A DNA stretch of 64,000 nucleotides, from the sequence record PZ445430.1; one strand, 5' to 3'. Positions 55,978 through 64,000 of this stretch are shown here, piece after piece (positions within the stretch are counted from its first letter, which is position 1; each line of letters opens with the position of its first letter). The position numbers and the translations under genes are program-made. The notes below the pieces were generated by a model, which saw only the letters and a program-made list of their open reading frames with translations, made no database searches and was not told where the DNA came from. The stretch is from a phage.

Positions 55978-56394
55978 ATGTCTAACGTTAAAACCGAAAA
56001 AACCGCAAAATTCTCTTGGAACGAAGAAAACACCGAAAAAGCTGTTTCTATGTATTCTGAAATGGTCGCTAAAAGCGGAATTGAATTTGCTAACACTGAC
56101 GGCTTAAAAGAAATTGCCGCCGCCGTTGGCGCCGCTAGTCCGGTGTCTGTACGTTCTAAACTGACAAGCGCGAAAGCGTACCAGAAAAGCGATAAACCGC
56201 GTAAAGTTGGCGGCGGGTCTAGTGTCCGTAAAGCTCACTATGTGCGCGTTATGGCTAAACATGCCATTGATGCTGGCGTTATCAAAGACGCTGACGATCT
56301 GGCAAGTCTGGAAAGTGCAAAACTGGAAACGCTGGAAGCCGTAGCGCAATTGTTAGGCGTAGCGGAGGAAGTAAAACAGGCCGCAGGTGAATAA
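55978..56394 (+). CDS. hypothetical protein
   Basis: Internal ATG of track ORF 55960..56394 after TGGAG RBS. Confidence 0.5.
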   Translation: MSNVKTEKTAKFSWNEENTEKAVSMYSEMVAKSGIEFANTDGLKEIAAAVGAASPVSVRSKLTSAKAYQKSDKPRKVGGGSSVRKAHYVRVMAKHAIDAGVIKDADDLASLESAKLETLEAVAQLLGVAEEVKQAAGE

Positions 56395-56443
56395 ATTTTA
56401 ATCAGCGGGGAATATTCCCCGCTATCCCTTAAAGGAGAATAAA

Positions 56444-56668
56444 GTGATTTTCTACCCTAGCGAAGCGTTTATTTTAGGTTTATTTATTATTGCCGCCGCT
56501 TTTATTCTGAATTATACGCGGTCAATTCTGGCAATAATCGGAATTAATAACGTTTACGCCGCAAATAATTTCCGCAAAAACGCGAACATTCAAAAATATA
56601 TGTCAATTATATTTCTTACAGTTGGCATTGTATTTGGCTTTTGTTCTAGTTTAATGCCGATTAATTAA
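56444..56668 (+). CDS. small membrane protein
   Basis: GTG start after AAAGGAG; two TM helices. Confidence 0.4.
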   Translation: MIFYPSEAFILGLFIIAAAFILNYTRSILAIIGINNVYAANNFRKNANIQKYMSIIFLTVGIVFGFCSSLMPIN

Positions 56669-56777
56669 ATGTTGCAAATTATAACGCCTTTTAAATTGTC
56701 CTCACTTCAGGCAAGGCGTTATATTTGGCAATATTGCCAGTATTAATATTTATCCCTTTATAGGAGTTGATTTAGTT

Positions 56778-58445
56778 ATGAATATTTCCGCAGAAAAACA
56801 AGCCCAGATCGTTAAACTTGCCGCTGATTTCAATTTCTACGGTAAGCGTTTACGCGCTACTAAACTGGAAGTTTGTGACGATATTTCAAAAGCTGTTTAC
56901 GATACAACGAAACATTCAACCGCAATTTGTGACTGGCTGGAAGCAAATAAGCCAGCTAAACCGAAAGCGGCAAAAGCTGAAAAGGCGATTAAAAATGATG
57001 ATCGCCCCGAAGCGGCGGGAATTGTTTCTAGTACCGTGGAACAATGGGAAGTTAAATCCGGTCGCCGTTTTATTCTAACGTCGATTCAAAATAATACTTT
57101 CCCGCATAAAAACTTTTTAGCAAGTCTGGAAAAATTCGCTGAATATATCGGCGCTGAATTGCTCGTTTCTAAATTCATTTACAATAAAAATGGATTCCAG
57201 AACGGCGACGGCAGCAAAGAAAAAATTAAATACGATCCCGCATTTGATAAATATATCTGTGATAAAAATGTTTTCTTGAATAATCGCCGCTTTGCTTTCA
57301 TGTCTGAAATTAACGTATTACCAACGGCAGATTATCCGCTTACAGGATTTGCAGAAACCGCCACGGCTTTAAATATTGACGGGCTGGCAATTGGTGCGGC
57401 AAAAATTACCGCTGAAAGTGTACCAGCGTTAAAAGGTGAAGTAGTGCGCCGTATGTATTCAACCGGAACGGCTACGCTTAAAAACTACATTCAGCAGAAA
57501 GCAGGTCAAAAAGCTGAGGCTCTGCATAATTTCGGCGCTTTGCTGGTGGAGTTCGACGACGATGGCGAATTTTTTGTGCGCCAGCTTGAAACAATGGACG
57601 AAAGCGGAATGTTCTATGATTTGAATATTTGCGCTATGCCTACCGGATGTTTTGAAACGTCCGATCATGTTTTAGGCTTGCAGTATGGCGATATTCACGC
57701 CGAAAAATTAGATGATGAATGCGCCGTTGCGTCATGGGCTAGTGAAAACAGCTTGCTTGATATTCTCAAGCCTAAATATCAGTTTATTCATGATGTGCAT
57801 GATTTTACATCGCGCAATCATCATAACCGCGCAAGTGGTGTATTCCTTGCTAAACAGTACGCCGCCGGACGTGACAAAGTTATTGACGATCTCATTGATA
57901 CCGGTCGCGTGTTGGAGTCAATGGAGCGTGATTTCTCTCAAACAATCATTGTTGAGTCTAACCATGATTTGGCGCTTTCCCGCTGGCTGGATGATCGTAA
58001 CGCAAACATTAAGGACGATCCCGCAAACGCCGAACTATATCACCGTTTAAACGCTGCAATTTACGCCGCAATCGGTGAACGTGACGAAACGTTTAACGTT
58101 CTAGATTACGCCTTGCGTAGTGTCGCAGGTTGTGAATTTAACGCTATTTTCCTGACGACAGACCAATCATTTAAAATCGCTGGCATTGAGTGCGGCGTAC
58201 ATGGTCACAATGGCATTAACGGCAGTCGGGGCAATCCTAAGCAGTTTAAAAAGTTGGGACGCCTTAACACTGGTCATACTCATACGGCTAGCATTTATGG
58301 CGGTGTTTATACCGCTGGCGTTGCTGGTAGTCTCGATATGGGTTACAACGTGGGCGCGTCAAGCTGGACGCAAACGCATTTAATTACCTATGCAAACGGT
58401 CAAAGAACATTGATCGACTTTAAGAATGGTAAATTCTTTGCATAA
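56778..58445 (+). CDS. A1: A1-like pre-early protein with metallophosphatase-type domain
   Basis: 555 aa; motifs GDIHAE, ESNHD, GHNG, GHTHT; size and position fit T5 A1 from memory. Confidence 0.55.
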   Translation: MNISAEKQAQIVKLAADFNFYGKRLRATKLEVCDDISKAVYDTTKHSTAICDWLEANKPAKPKAAKAEKAIKNDDRPEAAGIVSSTVEQWEVKSGRRFILTSIQNNTFPHKNFLASLEKFAEYIGAELLVSKFIYNKNGFQNGDGSKEKIKYDPAFDKYICDKNVFLNNRRFAFMSEINVLPTADYPLTGFAETATALNIDGLAIGAAKITAESVPALKGEVVRRMYSTGTATLKNYIQQKAGQKAEALHNFGALLVEFDDDGEFFVRQLETMDESGMFYDLNICAMPTGCFETSDHVLGLQYGDIHAEKLDDECAVASWASENSLLDILKPKYQFIHDVHDFTSRNHHNRASGVFLAKQYAAGRDKVIDDLIDTGRVLESMERDFSQTIIVESNHDLALSRWLDDRNANIKDDPANAELYHRLNAAIYAAIGERDETFNVLDYALRSVAGCEFNAIFLTTDQSFKIAGIECGVHGHNGINGSRGNPKQFKKLGRLNTGHTHTASIYGGVYTAGVAGSLDMGYNVGASSWTQTHLITYANGQRTLIDFKNGKFFA

Positions 58446-58497
58446 TTAAATTTAATCGGCGGTTGAAATATACCGCCATTAATAAAAGGTTTATTAA

Positions 58498-58755
58498 ATG
58501 AATATTGTATTACCTAAAACACTGGATAAAAAGCAGTATATAACGCCGGATGATATGGAATACGGCAAGGTATACCAATTCGATTATATGTTGGCTAGTC
58601 CGACGAATACAGGTTGTATTATTGCAGTTGATACCCGCGATAATGACGTGTTAACGTTTAATGATTATTCTGACTTTATGGAATGGTTAGATGATCAAAG
58701 TATCACTAATAATGGCGAATTAACGCCCTATCAATTAACGCTCACAATTAAATAA
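58498..58755 (+). CDS. hypothetical protein
   Basis: ORF, weak RBS. Confidence 0.45.
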   Translation: MNIVLPKTLDKKQYITPDDMEYGKVYQFDYMLASPTNTGCIIAVDTRDNDVLTFNDYSDFMEWLDDQSITNNGELTPYQLTLTIK

Positions 58756-58793
58756 TTTAATCCCGTAAATATAAATAATCTGGAGTTATAAAC

Positions 58794-59186
58794 ATGAAAC
58801 AACAAAATATTCCTTTCGACGCTGCAAAATCTTCCATCGTTCTAGTTTATTCTAATGGCGAGCGTTATCACGTCGAAGCGGGGCAAGTTAATTTTGATTT
58901 GCTGAATTATAACGACGCTTTGCAGGTTACTACCTTTGCTTATGATACCGGCAAAGTGGCAAGCCATACGAAAGCAAAAGGCGTTTACGCTGATACTTTG
59001 ACAGTGCAAACAATTATTATTGATGCGCTTAAATCCGGTCTAGCGTTTGCAGTTGTTAAGCCATGTCCGGTCTGCAATCCCGAAGCTAGCGCGATGGTTT
59101 ACACTTGCGTGGGGATTCGTTCTAGCGTACATGGTGAAGATCTTAGCTTTATTGGTGACGCGCTAGCGTATGGCCTCACTAATTAA
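58794..59186 (+). CDS. hypothetical protein, possible A2-like
   Basis: 130 aa downstream of A1-like gene; GGAG RBS; assignment by position only. Confidence 0.4.
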   Translation: MKQQNIPFDAAKSSIVLVYSNGERYHVEAGQVNFDLLNYNDALQVTTFAYDTGKVASHTKAKGVYADTLTVQTIIIDALKSGLAFAVVKPCPVCNPEASAMVYTCVGIRSSVHGEDLSFIGDALAYGLTN

Positions 59187-59273
59187 TAGTTAATTGAACA
59201 TTGCCAGCTAATCTAATATAATTAGCTGGCAAGATTGAATTAACCTAAATCCCTTAAATGGAGAATGTAACAA

Positions 59274-60008
59274 ATGAATCAAGTTAAAATGAATATTACC
59301 CGCACTTTCCCGCATATTTCCCGCGTTATGATTTGGGATTTAGACGGGACAATCATTAATTCATTCCATCGTGTAGCGCCTTGCTTTGATGATAACGGGA
59401 ATTTAAATTTAGTTAAGTATTCCCGCGAAGCCTGCAAACACGATTTAATTATGCAGGATTCTTTATTGCCATTGGTTGAATATATGCGCCAATGTATGAA
59501 TGATGCAAATACATTAAATATTATTTGTACCGCGCGCCTAATGTCTAAAAGCGATTATTTTTATTTGCGCAAACAAGGCTTGCGAGGGCGCGGAAATAGT
59601 AATATTCGCGTATTTTCCCGCGATACATTACATAAATACTTTGATGCAAATAAGGTTAGCGAAATATATCACAGCAAAGACGCAGTATATAAAAGCTATT
59701 ACTTTGAACTGTTTAAACAGCTATATCCAAACGCTGATTTTACAATGATTGATGATCATAAAGGTGTATTATCAGCGGCGGCAAGTGCTGGATTTAAAAC
59801 GCTGGATGCTCAAGCCGTTAACGATATCCTATCAATCGGCGTAACATTGATCGGTGAAACCTTTATTGATGAATCGCTTGATGATGATAACGATTATCAA
59901 TTCCTAGCCGATAGATTAAAAATGTGTTGGGAAGGTATGACCGAGGAAGAACGCGCAGAATATAGTTGCAGCCCGCAACAATTCATTGATAAATTAAAAG
60001 TCGCCTAA
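59274..60008 (+). CDS. dmp: HAD-family 5'-deoxyribonucleotidase-like protein
   Basis: 244 aa; HAD motif I MIWDLDGTII. Confidence 0.6.
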   Translation: MNQVKMNITRTFPHISRVMIWDLDGTIINSFHRVAPCFDDNGNLNLVKYSREACKHDLIMQDSLLPLVEYMRQCMNDANTLNIICTARLMSKSDYFYLRKQGLRGRGNSNIRVFSRDTLHKYFDANKVSEIYHSKDAVYKSYYFELFKQLYPNADFTMIDDHKGVLSAAASAGFKTLDAQAVNDILSIGVTLIGETFIDESLDDDNDYQFLADRLKMCWEGMTEEERAEYSCSPQQFIDKLKVA

Positions 60009-60024
60009 CAATTAAAAATAAAAT

Positions 60025-60057
60025 AGTCACACTGTGTAATGATAACATGGTGTGACT
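60025..60057. terminator. hairpin between convergent genes
   Basis: Stem agtcacac..gtgtgact with 17-nt loop. Confidence 0.4.
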
Positions 60058-60166
60058 ATTAGCTTGCTAATTACCGGGGCGGTAATGAGACTCATTCTCA
60101 TCTAGGGAACCTCTGGGCACACCTTCATGTGTAATCTTATGAGATTTGGCAAAAGTCAAATTAGCG

Positions 60167-60382
60167 CTATTTACGGACTGACTGCTTGAGAATGGACTGC
60201 CATAGAAGGTCAGTCTTAACAAGATTATTGATGTACTCAATAGCTTCATCAAATCTCATAAATCCTTCTGGAATTTCTGAAGACTTAGGAAAAACTTGTA
60301 GCATTTCCTGGGTGATGCCCATCTTTTCGAGTTCTTCTTGGGTTATCTCAAACTCCCCGAAAAACTTCCCGAATTCTTTCAT
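60167..60382 (-). CDS. hypothetical protein
   Basis: AGGAGAAG RBS. Confidence 0.45.
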   Translation of the reverse strand: MKEFGKFFGEFEITQEELEKMGITQEMLQVFPKSSEIPEGFMRFDEAIEYINNLVKTDLLWQSILKQSVRK

Positions 60383-60624
60383 GAGCTTCTCCTATCTACA
60401 GGCTTGTCTCCCGATTCTGACATACGAAATCTCCTCCGCGACGCCCGAGATCCATCCGACCACTCCCGCTCAAACTCCGCACGTTTCTCCGCAAACCTCC
60501 GCTCCCTTTCCGAAAGCTCCCGCGATATTCCCGCAACGTATTCACGATGCTTGTTAATCGCCCCGAGTGTTCCGAAGATCCCCGCAAGCACTCCGATAAT
60601 GAAGATAGCTACAAAGCTAAACAT
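60379..60624 (-). CDS. small membrane protein
   Basis: GAGAGGG RBS; N-terminal TM helix; Arg-rich tail. Confidence 0.45.
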   Translation of the reverse strand: MFSFVAIFIIGVLAGIFGTLGAINKHREYVAGISRELSERERRFAEKRAEFEREWSDGSRASRRRFRMSESGDKPVDRRSS

Positions 60625-60811
60625 CTAATTCCCTCTCAAGTTGGTGAATACGTGCCCGGTCATTACGTTGGGAGTCCAGTAACTTATCCATATTAATGTT
60701 TAGTTGGGTGACTTTATCCTCTAGCTTCTGTATACGATTACGATGTGACGTCATGTATCCAACAATCCAGACAATCCATACTACAAGTGTAATAAGTCCT
60801 AACCAATCCAT
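60617..60811 (-). CDS. small membrane protein with coiled coil
   Basis: GGGGAGA RBS; TM helix LITLVVWIVWIVGY. Confidence 0.45.
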   Translation of the reverse strand: MDWLGLITLVVWIVWIVGYMTSHRNRIQKLEDKVTQLNINMDKLLDSQRNDRARIHQLERELDV

Positions 60812-60915
60812 TATTTATCTCCCCGCAGCTTACGTTCAATACGAGCTAAGTGGTTATCTAGAATGCACTGTCCGATAATTACCACAACTAGTAAAGCAAT
60901 AATCACTACTTCCAT
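60811..60915 (-). CDS. small membrane peptide (34 aa)
   Basis: Short hydrophobic ORF coupled on both sides. Confidence 0.3.
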   Translation of the reverse strand: MEVVIIALLVVVIIGQCILDNHLARIERKLRGDK

Positions 60916-60987
60916 TATAACCACCCCGCCATAGCTGCTAACCAAAAGAGTACAAAGATAAAGAATAACACAGTCCCGAATCCGAAA

Positions 60988-61302
60988 CTATTTATCCAAC
61001 TTTCGTACACTTCCCCGCGTCTGTTCTTTCCTCTGTTGTCGTCTGACATCTCTTTGCTTCTCCTGTAGTCCTGGTATTTGGAATATCCTAGCAATTGCAC
61101 GAACCATTATGACCGTCCCGATAAGATCCATTACTTCATCGAAGCCGGATTCTTCTAGTAAGAAGGATGTTCCCATCACGTCTTCCATTGTATCTTCTAT
61201 GACGTCTTGAATGATTTCGTTAATCGCATCATGTATTGCTTTAGTCCTGAGATCTATTTCAAAGTTAACAGGTTCCTGAAAGGACTTTTCTTCATCTTGC
61301 AT
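60988..61302 (-). CDS. acidic hypothetical protein
   Basis: 104 aa ORF. Confidence 0.4.
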   Translation of the reverse strand: MQDEEKSFQEPVNFEIDLRTKAIHDAINEIIQDVIEDTMEDVMGTSFLLEESGFDEVMDLIGTVIMVRAIARIFQIPGLQEKQRDVRRQQRKEQTRGSVRKLDK

Positions 61303-61376
61303 TGTGTTTGCTACCTGTACCTCATCCCAGAAATAAAAATTTTTGTTTACTTCGAGATCTTTTTACTTTATACTAA

Positions 61377-61643
61377 TTACAAGTGACCAGATTGTTCTAG
61401 TTTAAATTTGCAATCGCCATATTTGAGATCAAACTGTGACAAATCCCACCACCCAAACTTAGTGCGTAACTGAGTTTTAGGGAATCGGTAGCCCACAGTA
61501 CGTGCTTCTCGAATATCTAAAGCATAGTGTTCTTCACCAACATGACCATAAGACTTCACGTATGCCTTACAGAATGGCTCGGGAGCCGGTACACAACCTG
61601 TCAACACTACTGCTGCAACTACGATGGCTAATAACTTTTTCAT
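61377..61643 (-). CDS. llp: lipoprotein, Llp-like receptor-blocking candidate
   Basis: Signal peptide with lipobox AAVVLTGC; divergent from adjacent tail-protein gene. Confidence 0.55.
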   Translation of the reverse strand: MKKLLAIVVAAVVLTGCVPAPEPFCKAYVKSYGHVGEEHYALDIREARTVGYRFPKTQLRTKFGWWDLSQFDLKYGDCKFKLEQSGHL

Positions 61644-61726
61644 AATCGTTCCTCTGTTTAATTTATAAATATATTATAGCAAAATAGAGGGATCTAAGCA
61701 AATACATTTTTAAAGAAGGAGATTGT

Positions 61727-63508
61727 ATGAGTTTTTTCGCAGGAAAATTTAGTGATGGTAAAACTGTATTATCTCTAAACGCTGCTAATGGTGGTGATAT
61801 AAATCAGCACTACTCTCCAAATACTAATAGTATCTTCCACTCAGATATGCCCTTCGTCCTAGTTGATGGGACTTATGAGGCTGCCCTAGGTGATGCAGGC
61901 AATGGGTATTTTGTTACTCAGATGCCTTGGGATATTATAAACATTAAATCCAATGATCCTGGTAGAGTTATACTAACTGCTATTGAGATAAACGGTACTC
62001 ATCGTGGCTTTCTGAATGGTACACAATCTCAGGTTGGCCAATTCTTAACATTCTTCGAAGATCAACCACGTGCTGGTGCTGAACTGGCTATAACATCTGC
62101 TTTTGCAATCGGTGATAGTTTAGCTCACGGTACTTATATATATAATGGTGGTCTTGGTCATGAGGAATCTATTGCTAGGCAAGGAACTGGTGGTACTTTA
62201 CTACAATCTTCCGGTTTCCAGATCTTTAGACCTGGTGGTGTTTCCGCAGGTGAAGCTATTTCCAGAGCCTGGGGATTAATGGGCTTTCCAACGGGTGTAT
62301 CTACAGTTCCTATAGAGGGTGGTAATGCAGACTATTGGGAGCCTAACTGGCAAGCGCCTATCGGGTCTGCTGGTAGAGGTCATGATTGGTTTTACGTTTG
62401 TAGTTCCAATATTCGTGGCTTTGCCGGTAAAAAAGGTGTACTACCAGATAACGTAAACGTTCTTTACCAATCTCCTGCATATCCAGAAAAAATATATGTT
62501 TGTAGAGGTTCTACTTCTAATATGGCTGCTCAGTCAGCTAGAAAGGTATATGTGCAAGACTGGTATAATGTTACACCTACTAAAGTTATTTGGTACGTGT
62601 TAAATCTACGTTATTCTAACGGTAGTATGGGGATCTCTGGTAACCCATTTACTGGTTCAGATATCTTGATATCTCCCTCTAACTTTACTATTAAAGGTGT
62701 TAGCTTACCAAATACAGGCTATAAATTTATTAACCAGAATGCTTTCGGAAACTTAGGCTATCGCCCTGATATGGAGTATGTTGGTAATAACGCTGCGTAT
62801 ACCGGAGTTTTTGGTGATAATACTGCACGATGTGAATTTATCGGCTCTAGTAATGGCGGGTTGTGGTCTCCTGTTAACTATGGAGGTGCTGCTTCTCAAA
62901 TTAGCCTTTATAAATTTGGGGTGGGTAAACAATGGTACGTAGATACTAATACCAATTCAATTGGTAATGAACATGGCCCTGTGTGGAGTCCTAGTACTGT
63001 ACCTCTCAGGCTATTCCCAGGCAACGTTGCAAGTACTTACGTAGGGGACGATATAACTCCATCCTACCCTGGTGCTGGTGACTTCTACACACCTTTGGCT
63101 ACAGTTTGGTTGGGATTACCAAATGCTCACTCTACTGTTATATTAACCACTGAAGTTATTATGGGTAACCTTAATACTGCTGGTATGCCTGTACGTACTT
63201 ATGGGGGTAGTGCTTGGCAGGTACAAGGTAGACGTCAACAAAGTTATACAGCTGGTGATGGTGTATTTCATCAGATTCTTACTCTGCCACCTGGCTATCT
63301 AGTACCATATCACAGTACAACTTCATATAGCTATACCCAAACGTGGGCTAGTAGACCTGATGAGATGGCTTTTCGTAGAAATGGGTATATTTATACAGTA
63401 AAAAACCTTGGTAATGGTAACGTTGAGTTAGGCGTTATTATCCATGCTGCCGAAGCAGCTGCTATCTTCTTACCAAGACTACGTGTAACAGTTCAACGCC
63501 TAACCTAA
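61727..63508 (+). CDS. receptor-binding tail protein candidate
   Basis: 593 aa, Gly/Asn/Ser/Thr/Tyr-rich; AAGGAG RBS; divergent from lipoprotein gene. Confidence 0.5.
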   Translation: MSFFAGKFSDGKTVLSLNAANGGDINQHYSPNTNSIFHSDMPFVLVDGTYEAALGDAGNGYFVTQMPWDIINIKSNDPGRVILTAIEINGTHRGFLNGTQSQVGQFLTFFEDQPRAGAELAITSAFAIGDSLAHGTYIYNGGLGHEESIARQGTGGTLLQSSGFQIFRPGGVSAGEAISRAWGLMGFPTGVSTVPIEGGNADYWEPNWQAPIGSAGRGHDWFYVCSSNIRGFAGKKGVLPDNVNVLYQSPAYPEKIYVCRGSTSNMAAQSARKVYVQDWYNVTPTKVIWYVLNLRYSNGSMGISGNPFTGSDILISPSNFTIKGVSLPNTGYKFINQNAFGNLGYRPDMEYVGNNAAYTGVFGDNTARCEFIGSSNGGLWSPVNYGGAASQISLYKFGVGKQWYVDTNTNSIGNEHGPVWSPSTVPLRLFPGNVASTYVGDDITPSYPGAGDFYTPLATVWLGLPNAHSTVILTTEVIMGNLNTAGMPVRTYGGSAWQVQGRRQQSYTAGDGVFHQILTLPPGYLVPYHSTTSYSYTQTWASRPDEMAFRRNGYIYTVKNLGNGNVELGVIIHAAEAAAIFLPRLRVTVQRLT

Positions 63509-63518
63509 AGGAGGATAT

Positions 63519-64000
63519 ATGGCAAATGATGTATTAGTTCCTGATCTCATGTCTCCCGAAGGCATGGATGTTATTGAAGCCTATTTACAGTGTGGTAGTG
63601 ATGTTCCTGCCGCTGCTCGTAGTCTTGGGATGTCCGAGATTGCATTCCGTGATATAATGAATCGTGGGGAAGTTAAAAACTATCTTAACGATATCTTTAT
63701 GGAAAGCGGCTTCCGTAATCGCGACCGTTTGTTTGGGGTTCTTGATGAAGTTATCAAGCGCAAGTTGGAAGAACTCGAAGAAACTGGCATGGGTTCTGAC
63801 CAGGATATCATGGATATTCTCTGGAAGGCGCACAAGATGAAGATGGAAGAAATGAAAATGATGGTAGAACTGGAGAAAGTGAAGGCAGCAGCCCGTACTC
63901 CAGCTAATCAGACTAACATTCAGAATAATATTATTGCTGGAAGTGGTGACGAAAACTATATGAATCTTATTACCGCTCTAGCAGGAGGAGGTAAGAGATA
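63519..64000 (+). CDS. partial CDS, terminase small subunit-like (HTH plus coiled coil)
   Basis: AAGGAGG RBS; ORF open to window end; HTH-like [16 protein letters not shown]; assignment tentative. Confidence 0.35.
   Translation, partial: MANDVLVPDLMSPEGMDVIEAYLQCGSDVPAAARSLGMSEIAFRDIMNRGEVKNYLNDIFMESGFRNRDRLFGVLDEVIKRKLEELEETGMGSDQDIMDILWKAHKMKMEEMKMMVELEKVKAAARTPANQTNIQNNIIAGSGDENYMNLITALAGGGKR

Noticed and set aside
60915-61100. 61-aa minus-strand ORF overlapping gene 60988..61302
   Set aside because: Two overlapping frames compete; the longer acidic ORF was kept, although a short C-terminal TM peptide from an internal Met remains possible.
63585-63833. Minus-strand 82-aa ORF near the window end
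   Set aside because: Lies entirely inside the better-supported plus-strand ORF starting at 63519, which has a strong RBS.

Overview
By gene content this window reads as a T5-like virulent phage segment (inference; no database search was run). Positions 1-49085 are an early-gene block: nucleotide metabolism (nrdD, nrdA, nrdB, DHFR-like, thyA, dNMP kinase, thioredoxin-like, PhoH-like, RNase H), an NAD module (Sir2-like, NadR-like, PnuC-like), a lysis cassette (holin, M15 endolysin, spanin-like pair), and about 30 tRNA genes covering all 20 amino acids, interleaved with small ORFs and ORF-free segments. About 24 copies of one strong sigma70-type promoter (TTGCT-17bp-TATAAT) drive it. Positions 49100-50650 are ORF-free and hold an iteron array, 41-bp tandem repeats, DnaA boxes and a LexA box. 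Positions 50503-54731 are bounded by direct repeats and carry an eight-gene minus-strand operon of unknown function with a second LexA box and an AT-rich tract; this is the best candidate for an undescribed system. Positions 55100-60010 encode an A1-like metallophosphatase and a Dmp-like HAD phosphatase, followed by a small membrane-protein cluster, a divergent lipoprotein/receptor-binding-protein pair and a partial terminase-small-subunit-like gene. All coordinates were hand-derived and may be off by a few nt; tRNA anticodons come from manual cloverleaf folding.
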